A DNA stretch of 64,000 nt from a virus. A model generated the notes under the pieces. It searched no databases and was not told the origin of the DNA. It saw only the letters and a program-made list of their open reading frames with translations. The stretch covers positions 36,370 to 100,369 of IMG/VR virus record IMGVR_UViG_3300046698_000540; one strand, 5' to 3'. A program made the translations under genes and the position numbers. Of this stretch, positions 10,301-19,294 are shown in pieces. Position 1 is the first letter of the stretch. Each line of letters starts with the position of its first letter.

Positions 10301-11900
10301 AAGCTCCGCCCGCCGCCAATTTTTGCAGCTTCTCATTACGAGCTTGTTCCGTCTCCAGAGCTTGTTTTCGCAAATCTAGGTCATGCTCAAGACCCGGTAT
10401 GGCTGCGGCTGCTTTTGCTTGCCTGTCGGCTTCTACGCTTTTTAGCCGCTCCTGGAGAGCCAGAATGTTTGTGACATGATTGCCCTCTTTGTCCAAGAGA
10501 TCGTTGATGTCTATCTTTGCTTGTTTAGCCTCCAATATACTTCGTGCTTCCGCTCCCTGGGCATTTGCAATCATGCGCTCCAAAGCGAGCTGGTTCTTTT
10601 CCTCCGTGGAAATAAAGTGGTACACGCCCAACTCGGCTTCTGTAAACTGGGACTTCCCGCTGCGAATATCTTGCAGGCGCGTCTGCAAGTCGATCATGTT
10701 CTGAACTTCTTTTTCCAGATCCTGGGTCAATGCCACGCTGCCCTGCAACTGCTGCGCCAAGGTAATCAGCGCTTTCGTTTCTCCCGCGGTGTGAATTTCC
10801 CACGCGGTAAATGCGGAAACGACCGTGAGCACCGCCATCGCCGCCAGAACATAAGGGTTCGTCGCCATGAAAACGCCTAGAGCTCTGAGCTTCAGCAATG
10901 TGGTGGCGCCTTCAAACCCGAGGACGGTCAGGCCAACGGATAGAGCTTTGACGGCCCCTAGAAAGGCCATCGTGCCTGTGATCGTGGCTACGAAAGATCC
11001 TCCCACAACATAGACCCAGGGGGGAATGCTTTTCAGAATCGCCGCCAAACCTTCAAGAGCTTTGATTCCTTGCAGCATCACCGGAACAAAACCCTGCCCG
11101 ATCTGTTCCTGGACATCCTCTACCAGTCTTGGAAGGGACGTTATGCGCTTGCCCGCGTCCTCCATGGCGGTGGTGTATGCACCCGAAACCTTCCCGGCCT
11201 CCACCAGAATCACATTGAGAATGGCTTGGCTTCTCTCCAACTGCGTAAGTGAATCCGCCGTCCGGTTTATGGACGAAGCGTATTCCTCAAAAATCGAAGG
11301 AAGGTTCTTGACGATTCCGTACTGCCGCAACTGCATCACGTAGTTCGTTTGAATCGCATCGGTCAAGGTTCCCAGGGCCTGGGAAGTATCCTCTCCGGAA
11401 ACCACGGCAAGATCCCGCGCTGCCGTCGCCAACTTGGTAGCATCCGTAAGCTGCAATTGCGACCTGATAAATTGCAGGGTGATATCGATCGATTCTTTGT
11501 GTGTGATGTTCAAAGCCCGCAAACCTGAGATTTGCGCCTGCGCCGCGCCTGTGGAATAGTTCATGGTCTGCGCCGTCAGACCCATGACCGTATTCAGCAC
11601 TTCGATTCGAGCCGCGAGAGCCGTGGACTCGACTATGGTGCTGTGGATCATCTCCTTTACACCGTGAAGAGCCTCCCCAAGCAGTTGAGTTTGGGCATAC
11701 AACTTCAACCAGCCCCCCGCGGATTTTTCCGCTTCCTGGCCGGAATCAAGAGCAGATTGACCCAGCCCCTTCAAGTCCTTGGACACATTCTGGATTGTGA
11801 CCTGGCCGGTCTTGGCGTCCACCGCAATGGTGAGCTGGATCGTGCTGCCGGGCCCGCCACTACCAGGCGGAGGGGTTGGGGTCGTTGGCGCCACCGTCAT
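7335..11900 (-). CDS. Tail tape measure protein
   Basis: 1521 aa, Ala/Gln/Glu-rich helical, hydrophobic segments, follows tail chaperone genes. Confidence 0.9.
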   Translation of the reverse strand: MTVAPTTPTPPPGSGGPGSTIQLTIAVDAKTGQVTIQNVSKDLKGLGQSALDSGQEAEKSAGGWLKLYAQTQLLGEALHGVKEMIHSTIVESTALAARIEVLNTVMGLTAQTMNYSTGAAQAQISGLRALNITHKESIDITLQFIRSQLQLTDATKLATAARDLAVVSGEDTSQALGTLTDAIQTNYVMQLRQYGIVKNLPSIFEEYASSINRTADSLTQLERSQAILNVILVEAGKVSGAYTTAMEDAGKRITSLPRLVEDVQEQIGQGFVPVMLQGIKALEGLAAILKSIPPWVYVVGGSFVATITGTMAFLGAVKALSVGLTVLGFEGATTLLKLRALGVFMATNPYVLAAMAVLTVVSAFTAWEIHTAGETKALITLAQQLQGSVALTQDLEKEVQNMIDLQTRLQDIRSGKSQFTEAELGVYHFISTEEKNQLALERMIANAQGAEARSILEAKQAKIDINDLLDKEGNHVTNILALQERLKSVEADRQAKAAAAIPGLEHDLDLRKQALETEQARNEKLQKLAAGGASPLAHPTVSRGLFSSYGDEAEKSTKQIENLKAGVASLEKEIEGLKHSASGVQLVPVDLNVTIGALGRLSSAISTNEALMRAHIKVTDVDKTAALQAAQAVTTVYADLDRNLTNVIQRRKELNLTETMVARAHQDQKDFAQQAVEFTAALGAKTQSAQETSALLAQQVEKIATSLAKAGENALIYQNVVEGVQQALQSLQEMRLSTHQKIVENQVREINNDIQGLQAENALLGARSKTAADIETIYKNEGKIADLQTAIVIMQDAWAAKTVLTTAASQAQVAAIEHARALLDSVLQVQEILLATQTSIAERTGQTYDQEEEAIRRRYQNEIDLIRNTTADKVLMEAQVAQKMEEADTAVFQARVQRATELASLDEARFNRELHLIEVQNTNASKQLENVDQQKRAITSLAEAQAQALGKDAALRLALIKQTGSVEAADKEIQARQDELRLAAQRQIADLQFTTETALLTMRNRELDILEQTSVAQGKLTAEEAARNKAGRDSSVQALDLLKNTTLTADQVKKWLDYQKELAEITKQQAQAQRLVGGDVKGQAQLDAAKTAQEYGASTKAVSGIMEDLTARLAPVQSQIEELNKKLEEGTITWQKYAGAVRDLTQPLETTAEALNHLFEGTLTTMGAYKAGMDLAVQATNALGKAVGSGGNVGKAMAQFVENMGAEVLQALSKYCLKQAGIHLMAGLADASSPLTAAAAAGEYRAAALWTAAAAAAGFAGGVLSGAAGGGGGGAASGSRGTAVGTPAPVSTKTAMEDNIIKLNDNLVVNNRVMQYAGQAYDKTGAQMFQMVKDINMLAASRSEGDRNFADQLADQLARRTQAGFQPGQMNQLFNNLSTYLVAEGQHSVQYAGILTSINTNLLESSQQQNSQARSMPTLLADRLAENLRGAQKVQNESGQVMIGLARQQLTELQKANEKNMVVSVDASTVLDAGALNTLTTSGFLKNTATYNRAVAGAVTTATQQNVNRQAMGRALGNGGI

Positions 11901-12279
11901 CCTCCTTCTTGATGGGGAAAGTAATCGAGTGCACCAGGTTCACCTTGTCGAGCACGTCGGTGTGCTGTTCCTTGGGCACATCCATGCTCTCCATTACCTG
12001 GTAAATCGCGCTGATGTTGATGCCAAGGACGGTTCCCAGACCTGCGACGATTACTTGATTCCAGCACCTGGCGTAGACTTCCCATGCCACGATATTTCCG
12101 GGCATCAGTTCCACGGCCGGGCAGTCTGCGCAGCGCTGGAACTTCGCGCTTTCCACCGCTTGGGTTTCGCCCACGGCTATGAGCTGGCTCCTGCACTGCT
12201 CGAAGATCTCCTGGCAGATTGCGCACGTTTTTGCGTATCCGCCCTGCTTCTGCCAGCGGGCGAACGCGGTCAGTTTCCC
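11860..12279 (-). CDS. Tail assembly chaperone, -1 frameshift extension (gpT-like)
   Basis: Open -1 frame (GKLTAFARW...NIVAWEVYARCWNQV...) entered at the slippery heptamer; no good start of its own. Confidence 0.75.
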   Translation of the reverse strand, partial: GKLTAFARWQKQGGYAKTCAICQEIFEQCRSQLIAVGETQAVESAKFQRCADCPAVELMPGNIVAWEVYARCWNQVIVAGLGTVLGINISAIYQVMESMDVPKEQHTDVLDKVNLVHSITFPIKKEDDGGANDPNPSAW

Positions 12280-12731
12280 AGTTCGGCGGCCTTTTTCTGC
12301 TCGTTGAAGGTATCGACCTTCTGCGTCACCGAGGCGAGCCACTGGTCGAATTCCAGGCTGTGCTCGATGAGCATTTCCTTGTTCTCGTCCGTGCAGGGAA
12401 CTTCCAAATCGCCGGCCAGGGAAGAATCCAACTTCAGAATCACCATGCTGCGCAGGACATCGATGGTGAGCCCCTTCCACTCCTGAATGACCTTGCGGGC
12501 ATAGAGCTTCCGGAACTTCAACTTGTCCATCTCCTCCTCTTCCCGGAGGGTCCGCATGTTCAGCTTCGTGGTCTTGGCGGCCTCGAACATTTTCTGCATC
12601 TGCTGCTTGCCGTAGTAGGTGACTCGCAACCAGAACGGCGTATTTTGATACTGAACCCACACGCCTTCGTTTTCGGGGCGCGCGGTGTCAATGAGATCGG
12701 CTAATCGTACAGCTTGCTGTTGATCGTTCAC
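12270..12731 (-). CDS. Tail assembly chaperone (gpG-like)
   Basis: 153 aa between tail tube and tape measure; ends at G GGA AAC TGA. Confidence 0.8.
   Translation of the reverse strand: MNDQQQAVRLADLIDTARPENEGVWVQYQNTPFWLRVTYYGKQQMQKMFEAAKTTKLNMRTLREEEEMDKLKFRKLYARKVIQEWKGLTIDVLRSMVILKLDSSLAGDLEVPCTDENKEMLIEHSLEFDQWLASVTQKVDTFNEQKKAAELGN
12273..12279 (-). other. Programmed -1 frameshift slippery site GGGAAAC
   Basis: X XXY YYZ heptamer in correct phase immediately before the chaperone stop codon. Confidence 0.8.
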
Positions 12732-12864
12732 GTGAAAAAGCCTCCTGATTCATTCTACATGGGAGGGGCGCCTATCCTGACGCCCCTCTCCCCAGGGTTC
12801 ACGCCCTGGCACGTTGCCTGGCACCGGGAAAGGATCGGCCCAGGCGCGCGGACGCGGGGTATAC

Positions 12865-14181
12865 CTACGAATGCGATACGGTCGTTGTCGAAGAAGTGAC
12901 CGTGCTCGAAGCCGCCGGCGCGAACATGAGCGCCGCCTCATCGTCGTACGACGGGCTGGCCGTGCTCTTGAACGAAATGGTGGCTGTCTTTTCGTCTTCG
13001 CCCGCCACGTTGGGGGATCCCCACTCGACCCGCGGACAGTGAATCTCGGCCAGGCGCCCGGTAGTTGCCGAACGATCCTGCATCGGGATAATCACGTAGT
13101 CCTGGTAAAGCGGATCGCGCAAAGCCTTGTACATGAAGACAGGCAAATCGCGGTAGGCAAACACCGTGATCTCGCCTTCACAGGTCCTGGCCGCCGGCCG
13201 AACCACTTCCGTGGGATAGGGCTGGTTGTCTTTCAGATCGGCGTGGTACTTGTAGTTGTTGGTGATCGTCACCCTGGCCGACTGGATGATGTACGGCGTC
13301 GTAGGCAGGCTGGCGATCGCCTTCGTGGAGATCGTGCCGCCGATGCGCATGATGCCGTACTTGCCGTACATCGGGATGCCCACTTCCGTGCCAGCGGGGA
13401 GGTACGGCGCCACGATGTCACCGCTTCCACGTGTGGCTGTGCTCGCCAGGGTGAGGATATTGTTCACGTAGTCTACCGCCGTCACTGTAGCCGTCGCTCC
13501 AAGCGCGCCTGTGGCGTATGTGATGAACTGGATCATGAACTGGTCACCAGTCTGGCTGAGGAAGAACTTGCTGGCGTTCTCCACTTTGAGAGATGTGCCT
13601 GAGCCGGAATCCGCGGCGGTTACGGCATCCGTGCCGCAGAAACCATGCCGCATGAACTCGCCGGAAAAATTCGCCTTTGCCAGGTCGTTGCCCGCGCAGT
13701 TGAACTCTCCGACATTGGTGGTGGCTCCGCAGGCGTAGTACATCATGTGGCCCACTTTGAACCACAGCGTGAAGGTGAGGGGGACGGTGCCAGCCGGTGA
13801 AACCGACTGCAACAGGTATGCCCGGCTGTTGGCGCCGAACCAGGCGGTTTGCGTGGTGTCCGCAATTTTTCCAAACAGGCTGGCCAGAATGGGGTCCAAT
13901 TCCGGAGCCGCCGGCGTTCCTGATGCGGCTACGGTTTTGATAACCGCGGGGAAACTCCACTTGCCGACGTCGAACGATCCTGGGGTTGGGTCCAACTTCG
14001 ACAAGGTGTTTCGGTATTGCGGGTCGTCAACCATCCGCATCAACTGCTGTACCGATCCGGCGCCCGCCGCGAGAATGAGATTCATGCCTGACGCATTGGG
14101 AAGCACCTGTGTGCCGGGCGTCGTTTCCAGACCGGCAAAAAGCTTGGTCTCCCGTGCTACTGCTACTACTAAGTTGTTCAA
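12865..14181 (-). CDS. Major tail tube protein
   Basis: 438 aa, position before chaperones, ETTPGT N-terminal motif; ends AASSTVTSSTTTVSHS. Confidence 0.75.
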   Translation of the reverse strand: MNNLVVAVARETKLFAGLETTPGTQVLPNASGMNLILAAGAGSVQQLMRMVDDPQYRNTLSKLDPTPGSFDVGKWSFPAVIKTVAASGTPAAPELDPILASLFGKIADTTQTAWFGANSRAYLLQSVSPAGTVPLTFTLWFKVGHMMYYACGATTNVGEFNCAGNDLAKANFSGEFMRHGFCGTDAVTAADSGSGTSLKVENASKFFLSQTGDQFMIQFITYATGALGATATVTAVDYVNNILTLASTATRGSGDIVAPYLPAGTEVGIPMYGKYGIMRIGGTISTKAIASLPTTPYIIQSARVTITNNYKYHADLKDNQPYPTEVVRPAARTCEGEITVFAYRDLPVFMYKALRDPLYQDYVIIPMQDRSATTGRLAEIHCPRVEWGSPNVAGEDEKTATISFKSTASPSYDDEAALMFAPAASSTVTSSTTTVSHS

Positions 14182-14196
14182 TGTTTTCTCCTTTCT

Positions 14197-15192
14197 TTAA
14201 CCGATCAAGAAACTTTGGATGTACATAATCTGCAAGTCCAATTCTACGTCCACCACGGGGTACTCGCAACGATCCGTGCGAATCGCCAGGATGTCCACAG
14301 TTGCCACGCGGCCCCCCAAATCGGCATTGGTGCCCAAGCAGCTCTTGAGAGCCGCCACCCAAGTATCCACCGAAGCTGTGAATGTGGCCAGGTTCGTGTC
14401 CACTGCCAGAAGCCTTGTCGTGATGAACAGGGTCTTCTTGGTGTCCATCGAACCCTGGTACTGATACGGCTCGTTCGTGTCCTTGAACCAGATGCCGGGC
14501 GTGTAACGCGCGGAAATCTGCTCTGGGGAAATGGGCCAGTTCCGCGCTTTTTCCACCCATACCAAGCTGGGAATGGCCCTGAAAGCGTTGCCCAGTGCAT
14601 TGACGATCGTCTCCCTCCAAGGCTGCGTAAAAGGACCTGAAGGAAGCGCGCTTGTTGAGTCGGTGGAAAACGCGGCCGGAAGGGTCACTGTTGTGCCGGC
14701 GCCGGAGTCCACCACCTCGATATAGTCCGCCTCGTAGAGCACGGCAAACGCCGGGCTCTCATCGTCGGTGGATGTGTCTGCTTCGAGCCGGGTAATTCTT
14801 CCGCGGCGGGAAAGGCCGCCCCAGGTGGGATCGGAGACCAGGACGGCGCGGGTATCGTCTATCAGGTCATCAAGCTGCACCACGGCGGATTTTCCCGTGC
14901 GGCCCGTGTCTTGCCGCGTGGGGACTTTAACCTCGCCGGCGACGGTCATCTGGACCGTCTGCTGCAAGATGTCGGCCAGCATATGCCGGCCGCTTTCGAC
15001 CGGATCCACCAGAAAAAGGCCGGGAAACTTGTCGTCGGAGATGCCGAACATCGAACGGTTCACGCTGCGCACAGTCGAGAGAAAGATGTGGGCGCTCCCG
15101 GAGGCGAGATTCGGGACGGGATTGCCGGCCTTGATCTTGCCCAAGGCCGTCTCCACCGCCTCAATAATCAGCGTGCGCGTTGACTTCGGCAT
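14197..15192 (-). CDS. Tail terminator/completion protein, two tandem domains
   Basis: Likely start MPKSTRTLIIEAV at 15192; two similar halves (RTLIIEAVETAL..SDPTWGGL / RETIVNALGNAF..TNADLGGR). Confidence 0.6.
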   Translation of the reverse strand: MPKSTRTLIIEAVETALGKIKAGNPVPNLASGSAHIFLSTVRSVNRSMFGISDDKFPGLFLVDPVESGRHMLADILQQTVQMTVAGEVKVPTRQDTGRTGKSAVVQLDDLIDDTRAVLVSDPTWGGLSRRGRITRLEADTSTDDESPAFAVLYEADYIEVVDSGAGTTVTLPAAFSTDSTSALPSGPFTQPWRETIVNALGNAFRAIPSLVWVEKARNWPISPEQISARYTPGIWFKDTNEPYQYQGSMDTKKTLFITTRLLAVDTNLATFTASVDTWVAALKSCLGTNADLGGRVATVDILAIRTDRCEYPVVDVELDLQIMYIQSFLIG

Positions 15193-15359
15193 TTCAACAA
15201 TTCTCTGCGCAATTCCTCTGTGGTCATTGCCCGGTCCAGGTCCACGTAATAGTGGTGACCCAAAACGGCGTCTTCCACAGCGATCGCCAAAGGGCCTCCG
15301 TTGCTCAGAGCCTTGCGGACTTCTCCGACAAGAACATATTCCGAGGAGCTGGGTTCCAC
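15168..15359 (-). CDS. Hypothetical protein
   Basis: 63 aa, GTG preceded by AGGAG. Confidence 0.5.
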   Translation of the reverse strand: MEPSSSEYVLVGEVRKALSNGGPLAIAVEDAVLGHHYYVDLDRAMTTEELRRELLKCRSQRAR

Positions 15360-15368
15360 GTGCTTCTC

Positions 15369-15731
15369 CTACATCGAACGACCGTAGCCGGCATGGCCGC
15401 CAGGAAGCGCCGCGTGACCAAGGATGTTGAAATCCTGGCCGGACTTTTTTCCTTTTCCTTTTCCATGGTGGGGGGTCCTCCATCCTCTGAATCCACCACC
15501 TTTGGCACCTGAATTGTCTCTTTCCAATTCACTGATGTGCCCCAAGTGATGCAAGGATCCCCCGTATTTGCTTTTCTGGTACACATTACCTGTGGGCTTA
15601 TGCAAAAACTGGCCGCCGGGATGACTTTTACCCTGCTGCTCAAACTCATGAGCGGGTAACATCTCGCCGCCTTTTCCGTGACCGCTACCTTGGACGTGGT
15701 ACTCGTTTAATTTACCTCTTGGAAATCCCAT
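15369..15731 (-). CDS. His/Gly/Lys-rich protein with conserved C-terminal tag (copy 1)
   Basis: Ends KSGQDFNILGHAALPGGHAGYGRSM; GGAGG RBS upstream. Confidence 0.75.
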   Translation of the reverse strand: MGFPRGKLNEYHVQGSGHGKGGEMLPAHEFEQQGKSHPGGQFLHKPTGNVYQKSKYGGSLHHLGHISELERDNSGAKGGGFRGWRTPHHGKGKGKKSGQDFNILGHAALPGGHAGYGRSM

Positions 15732-15760
15732 TTCAAACCTCCAAAACCATTGTGTCGGCC
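15711..15760. repeat. 50-bp exact direct repeat, copy 1
   Basis: tttacctcttggaaatcccatttcaaacctccaaaaccattgtgtcggcc, identical to 17164..17213. Confidence 0.95.
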
Positions 15761-15762
15761 CG

Positions 15763-16275
15763 CTAGGCCGGTCCTACTACCGTCTTCTCCGAAGCCAGAG
15801 CCTCGGCAATTCTCTTCTTCAACCTGGTCAACTCCGTCTGCACTTCCCGGTCCATTGCCACCTTGTCCACGGACTTTTTGGCGCCAGGGTGCCTCACTCG
15901 CGGCCCAAAAAACTGATCTCCGCTGGCGAACTGGAAAGCCAGCACCTTGGCATGAACCGCCTGGATAGCGTGCCTTTTGGTCCCACTCTGCAACAGCGGC
16001 CAAATTTTCGCCGCTCGTGGGTCAATGTTCCGAATCAGGATCTTCAGCTTCGCGTGCGGCTCGTCCGTCTCCACTTCGCCTTTCCACCCGGCGCGCAATT
16101 TTCCCGGCGAAGGCTGGTTGGGATCCTTCGACACCGGCGTATATTTCCGGTAGAGCTTTTCCAGGATGGCTGAGGACTCGACGGCGACACCCTTCAGCCG
16201 GGTGAACTTCAGCATGTTCTCCATCCGTTTCAGAACGGCGTCCATGCTGACCGAGATTTTGATGCCGTCGATCAT
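15763..16275 (-). CDS. HK97 gp10-like neck/tail-completion protein
   Basis: TPV..PGKLRAGW and GTKRHAI..RVRHPG motifs; position. Confidence 0.7.
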   Translation of the reverse strand: MIDGIKISVSMDAVLKRMENMLKFTRLKGVAVESSAILEKLYRKYTPVSKDPNQPSPGKLRAGWKGEVETDEPHAKLKILIRNIDPRAAKIWPLLQSGTKRHAIQAVHAKVLAFQFASGDQFFGPRVRHPGAKKSVDKVAMDREVQTELTRLKKRIAEALASEKTVVGPA

Positions 16276-16276
16276 T

Positions 16277-16801
16277 TCAAACCTGCGCGATCGCGGAAAA
16301 ATCTTTGACTGAGTTCATGGCCGCCATGGCTGCCGGCGTAATGGCGTCCGTGTTGCCGCTCCACCACCAGTCCCAGGCCATGCTGGCGCGCATCGCAGCG
16401 ATAAAAGAAAAAGCCCGCTCCTTCACCGCCGCTTCTTCCAAACCGAAGAACGGGTTGCTGTGAAGAACATCGCCGTCAAGGTTGGCGTATTCCTCCACCG
16501 ATCCGAGCAGCCAGCACCTGAACGTCTTGCATGTGGGCGGTTTTACGCCTTGAATTTCACAGGAGTGCTTGCCTTCCGTTCGGCTCAAAAAAGCGCAGCG
16601 CCCGTGAGACCTGGTGTTAAGAACCGGCAGACTACCCGGCCTGTCTTGGGCTACCTCCACAGCCTCCACTCGGAGCAAAAAATCCGCTGTGGTGTTCAGG
16701 TGATCTGCTACCTCTTCCAAGTTGGGAACAGGAACCCCGTGCGCTACGTAGCAGCAGGCTCCGCACTGCTGGCAGAGTTCTTCGGTCCAGGGGAACTTCA
16801 T
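16277..16801 (-). CDS. YkgJ-family (CxxCxxCC) Cys-cluster protein
   Basis: CQQCGACC ... CAFL ... CEIQGVKPPTCKTF. Confidence 0.75.
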   Translation of the reverse strand: MKFPWTEELCQQCGACCYVAHGVPVPNLEEVADHLNTTADFLLRVEAVEVAQDRPGSLPVLNTRSHGRCAFLSRTEGKHSCEIQGVKPPTCKTFRCWLLGSVEEYANLDGDVLHSNPFFGLEEAAVKERAFSFIAAMRASMAWDWWWSGNTDAITPAAMAAMNSVKDFSAIAQV

Positions 16802-17184
16802 CGGCCGTAACCCGCATGCCCACCGGGAAGCCCCGCATGACCCAGGATGTTGAAGTCCTGACCGGATTTGCGACCAAATGGATTGTGCCCCGGCTTGCTG
16901 TGCGATTTGCCGGGATGTTTTTTGCCAAACTTGCCATGCTTGCCACCGGCGTTATGGTCGCCTGTTACCGGATCGAAGGTGCCTCCGTTCATAACATCAT
17001 TGGTATAGTAGTGACCTAACTCACCGTGAATGGTGTACCTCTCACCCGAGGAGTTTGGCCCAAAGTACTTTTCTGCTTCCTTATGCGAACCGAATGAGGG
17101 AGTCCCCATAGGCCCGTGCTTACTACCGCGTGGGACGTGGTACAAGTACTCGTTTAATTTACCTTTACCTCTTGGAAATCCCAT
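16798..17184 (-). CDS. His/Gly/Lys-rich protein with conserved C-terminal tag (copy 2)
   Basis: Starts MGFPRGK like copy 1; ends KSGQDFNILGHAGLPGGHAGYGR. Confidence 0.75.
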   Translation of the reverse strand: MGFPRGKGKLNEYLYHVPRGSKHGPMGTPSFGSHKEAEKYFGPNSSGERYTIHGELGHYYTNDVMNGGTFDPVTGDHNAGGKHGKFGKKHPGKSHSKPGHNPFGRKSGQDFNILGHAGLPGGHAGYGR

Positions 17185-17213
17185 TTCAAACCTCCAAAAC
17201 CATTGTGTCGGCC
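17164..17213. repeat. 50-bp exact direct repeat, copy 2
   Basis: Identical to 15711..15760; covers end of 17186..18100, RBS and start of tag gene. Confidence 0.95.
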
Positions 17214-18100
17214 AGCAAGTCGATGAAGTTCTCTACCTTCAGAGAAACTGGATCGCTCATCGCGGCCAGCATGTTCCAGTTGACCGCCGCCAGGATGAAG
17301 TACCACGTCCCGGTCGGCAGCAGAGTGTACTCCATCCACAATTCGTTCTTGGCCATCTGCGCTTCCCCTGTCGAAATCCAGGGGCCTGAAACGCGCTCGA
17401 AGGCCAGCGTGTCGGAGTAATAGTCGTAGATCGTGCGGATCACCTGCCAGGTTTCAAGAGGCGCCCGTGGATTCTGCGAAGCGTAGAAGCGAAGGTATGC
17501 GAGATCGCCTGTGTCCATCCGGGCCCAGTCCAAAACCAGGCGCCCGAAAGGAACGGCGATGTTCTGGAATCCTCCTGTGTCGGCCGGCGGATTCACCCTG
17601 GCGTTCGGATAGTAGAGGTAGGAAACCGACAGGAGTTTCGGCTTCGGAGGCGGCGGCGCAATCTGCACGGGAACCTTGGCGTGAATAAGCCTACTGTCCC
17701 GGACCAGGTTGCCAATCACGATGTCCCCGCTCACATTGTCTTGTGCGGCGATGCGATCGCGCTGGTAGTCGTACTCGTCCCGCAGCTCGTTAGCGGCGGT
17801 AATGAGCATCTGTGAATTGCCCGTCTTGTCTGCGGAAAAATTCGCGCCTACGGAAACTCGGGTATCTAGAGCATATTCCAGCGCCTTATCCCGGGCGATG
17901 CGGACCTTCGCCAGCAGCAGGATGAGCTGTTCTTCCTCCACGGGAACTGTTGCCCACGTGTAAGACTTGTTGTGCTGGCGAAGGGCCTCGAACAGGGCCT
18001 CGTTCAGGAGAGCATTGTCGAAACGCCGCTCTCCCGTGAGCCAGGAGATGTCTCCAAGCTGGCCCCGCATCGTTTCCCGTAATGCTGAAATAGTGGCCAC
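17186..18100 (-). CDS. Putative head-tail adaptor
   Basis: 304 aa; N-terminus (LRETMRGQLGD...FDNALLNEAL) typical of connectors; position after capsid genes. Confidence 0.55.
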   Translation of the reverse strand: MATISALRETMRGQLGDISWLTGERRFDNALLNEALFEALRQHNKSYTWATVPVEEEQLILLLAKVRIARDKALEYALDTRVSVGANFSADKTGNSQMLITAANELRDEYDYQRDRIAAQDNVSGDIVIGNLVRDSRLIHAKVPVQIAPPPPKPKLLSVSYLYYPNARVNPPADTGGFQNIAVPFGRLVLDWARMDTGDLAYLRFYASQNPRAPLETWQVIRTIYDYYSDTLAFERVSGPWISTGEAQMAKNELWMEYTLLPTGTWYFILAAVNWNMLAAMSDPVSLKVENFIDLLADTMVLEV

Positions 18101-18112
18101 TGCACCATCCGA

Positions 18113-18709
18113 TTATTCGTAGTACGGGTAAGCCAGTTCCTCCCGTATCAAGCCGTCGCGAACACTCTTCGGCACCTCGCACACCACGTCCTTCGTGAAG
18201 TAGTAGCGGTACGGCCCAATGAACCTGCTGCCGGTGAACCTGGGCCTCACCTTCACTACCTTTTCCTCCGAAACCAGAGCCTCATCGATGGGGCCAATCT
18301 GGATCTTCGTGCGAAGGTCCGCCCTGGAAGCCGGCCCGACCGGGGGAGGAGCTTGTGTGCTTGGATCGGTGAACACCGGCTTGGGCGCCGGCGGAGGGTC
18401 GTTGTAAAGGTTGGACGTTGTCGTAAGGCCCTGCGGAGGAAGCGGGATGTCGTTTGCCCGCGCGCCTTCGGCGAGCTGATCCATAACCGAACTGTTGAAA
18501 GCGGCCGGGGGGACTTCTCCCTTGAACGGCTTGCCTTCCTCGGTCTTTCCCGTGATTTCCCGCCCTCTTACAGAGTGTGACGTATCGGGTTCAGAATTCG
18601 TGTTTCTCGTGCCAGCAGGCAGCGGAACTTCAATCATTCGTTTCGGCTGCGGAAGTTTTGTCCGCTCCGGAACTGCCTCTGGAATATCCAGCGTTGTGTT
18701 CTTTGCCAT
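18113..18709 (-). CDS. Hypothetical head-associated protein
   Basis: Likely start MAKNTT after GAGGAAAGG; Pro-rich linker plus short C-terminal domain. Confidence 0.55.
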   Translation of the reverse strand: MAKNTTLDIPEAVPERTKLPQPKRMIEVPLPAGTRNTNSEPDTSHSVRGREITGKTEEGKPFKGEVPPAAFNSSVMDQLAEGARANDIPLPPQGLTTTSNLYNDPPPAPKPVFTDPSTQAPPPVGPASRADLRTKIQIGPIDEALVSEEKVVKVRPRFTGSRFIGPYRYYFTKDVVCEVPKSVRDGLIREELAYPYYE

Positions 18710-18790
18710 GGTTTTACCTTTCCTCGTTGCAATCACCGCCCCTTTCGGGCGATACCTGATTGTACCGAAGCAGTGTTCAAGTTTGCGCTG

Positions 18791-19249
18791 TTACGCGCGG
18801 ATGCGAATGCGCACGGCCATCTGAGGCGTAGCCACTCCGCCAGCGGAATGCTCGACGGAGAAGGTCAACACATCGTTCAGTTTGGGTGGCGCCTTCGTAG
18901 CGTCCAGTGTGAGAGTGAACGGAACGTACGCAGCCTGTGACACGGAGGCCGTGGTCAGGGAAGCCAGAACATCGGTCCCTGTGCCATCGCCCTTCCGGTT
19001 ATACAGCTTGAACGTAACGTAGTTCGATCCATTTGCGGCGATCGCAGCCTGCGCAATGACCTCAACCGAATCGATCTGAATGGGATCCGCGGCGGCGCCG
19101 CTTCCCTTCAGCATTTTGTCAAGGACCGTTTCCGCATCCGTGCCCGCGGTTCCCCGCGCGGCGATGGAATACTGCTTTTCTATGAAGTTGCGAACGGCCC
19201 CCTTATCGACAGGAACCGTTCCGACATAACCGAGTGCACCTATAGGCAT
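18791..19249 (-). CDS. Putative capsid decoration protein
   Basis: 152 aa beta-rich, directly after major capsid gene, AAGGAG RBS. Confidence 0.55.
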   Translation of the reverse strand: MPIGALGYVGTVPVDKGAVRNFIEKQYSIAARGTAGTDAETVLDKMLKGSGAAADPIQIDSVEVIAQAAIAANGSNYVTFKLYNRKGDGTGTDVLASLTTASVSQAAYVPFTLTLDATKAPPKLNDVLTFSVEHSAGGVATPQMAVRIRIRA

Positions 19250-19294
19250 TTTTCTCCTTTCATTTCGACCAGACTTTGACCAAACGCCCTGGCG

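Noticed and set aside
12760-12792. GC hairpin between tail tube and chaperone genes as a terminator
   Set aside because: Stem is present but has no U-tract on the coding strand; function unsupported.
15711-17213. 50-bp direct repeats as att sites of an inserted mobile element
   Set aside because: The enclosed segment includes a core neck gene and no recombinase; duplication of a gene start explains it better.
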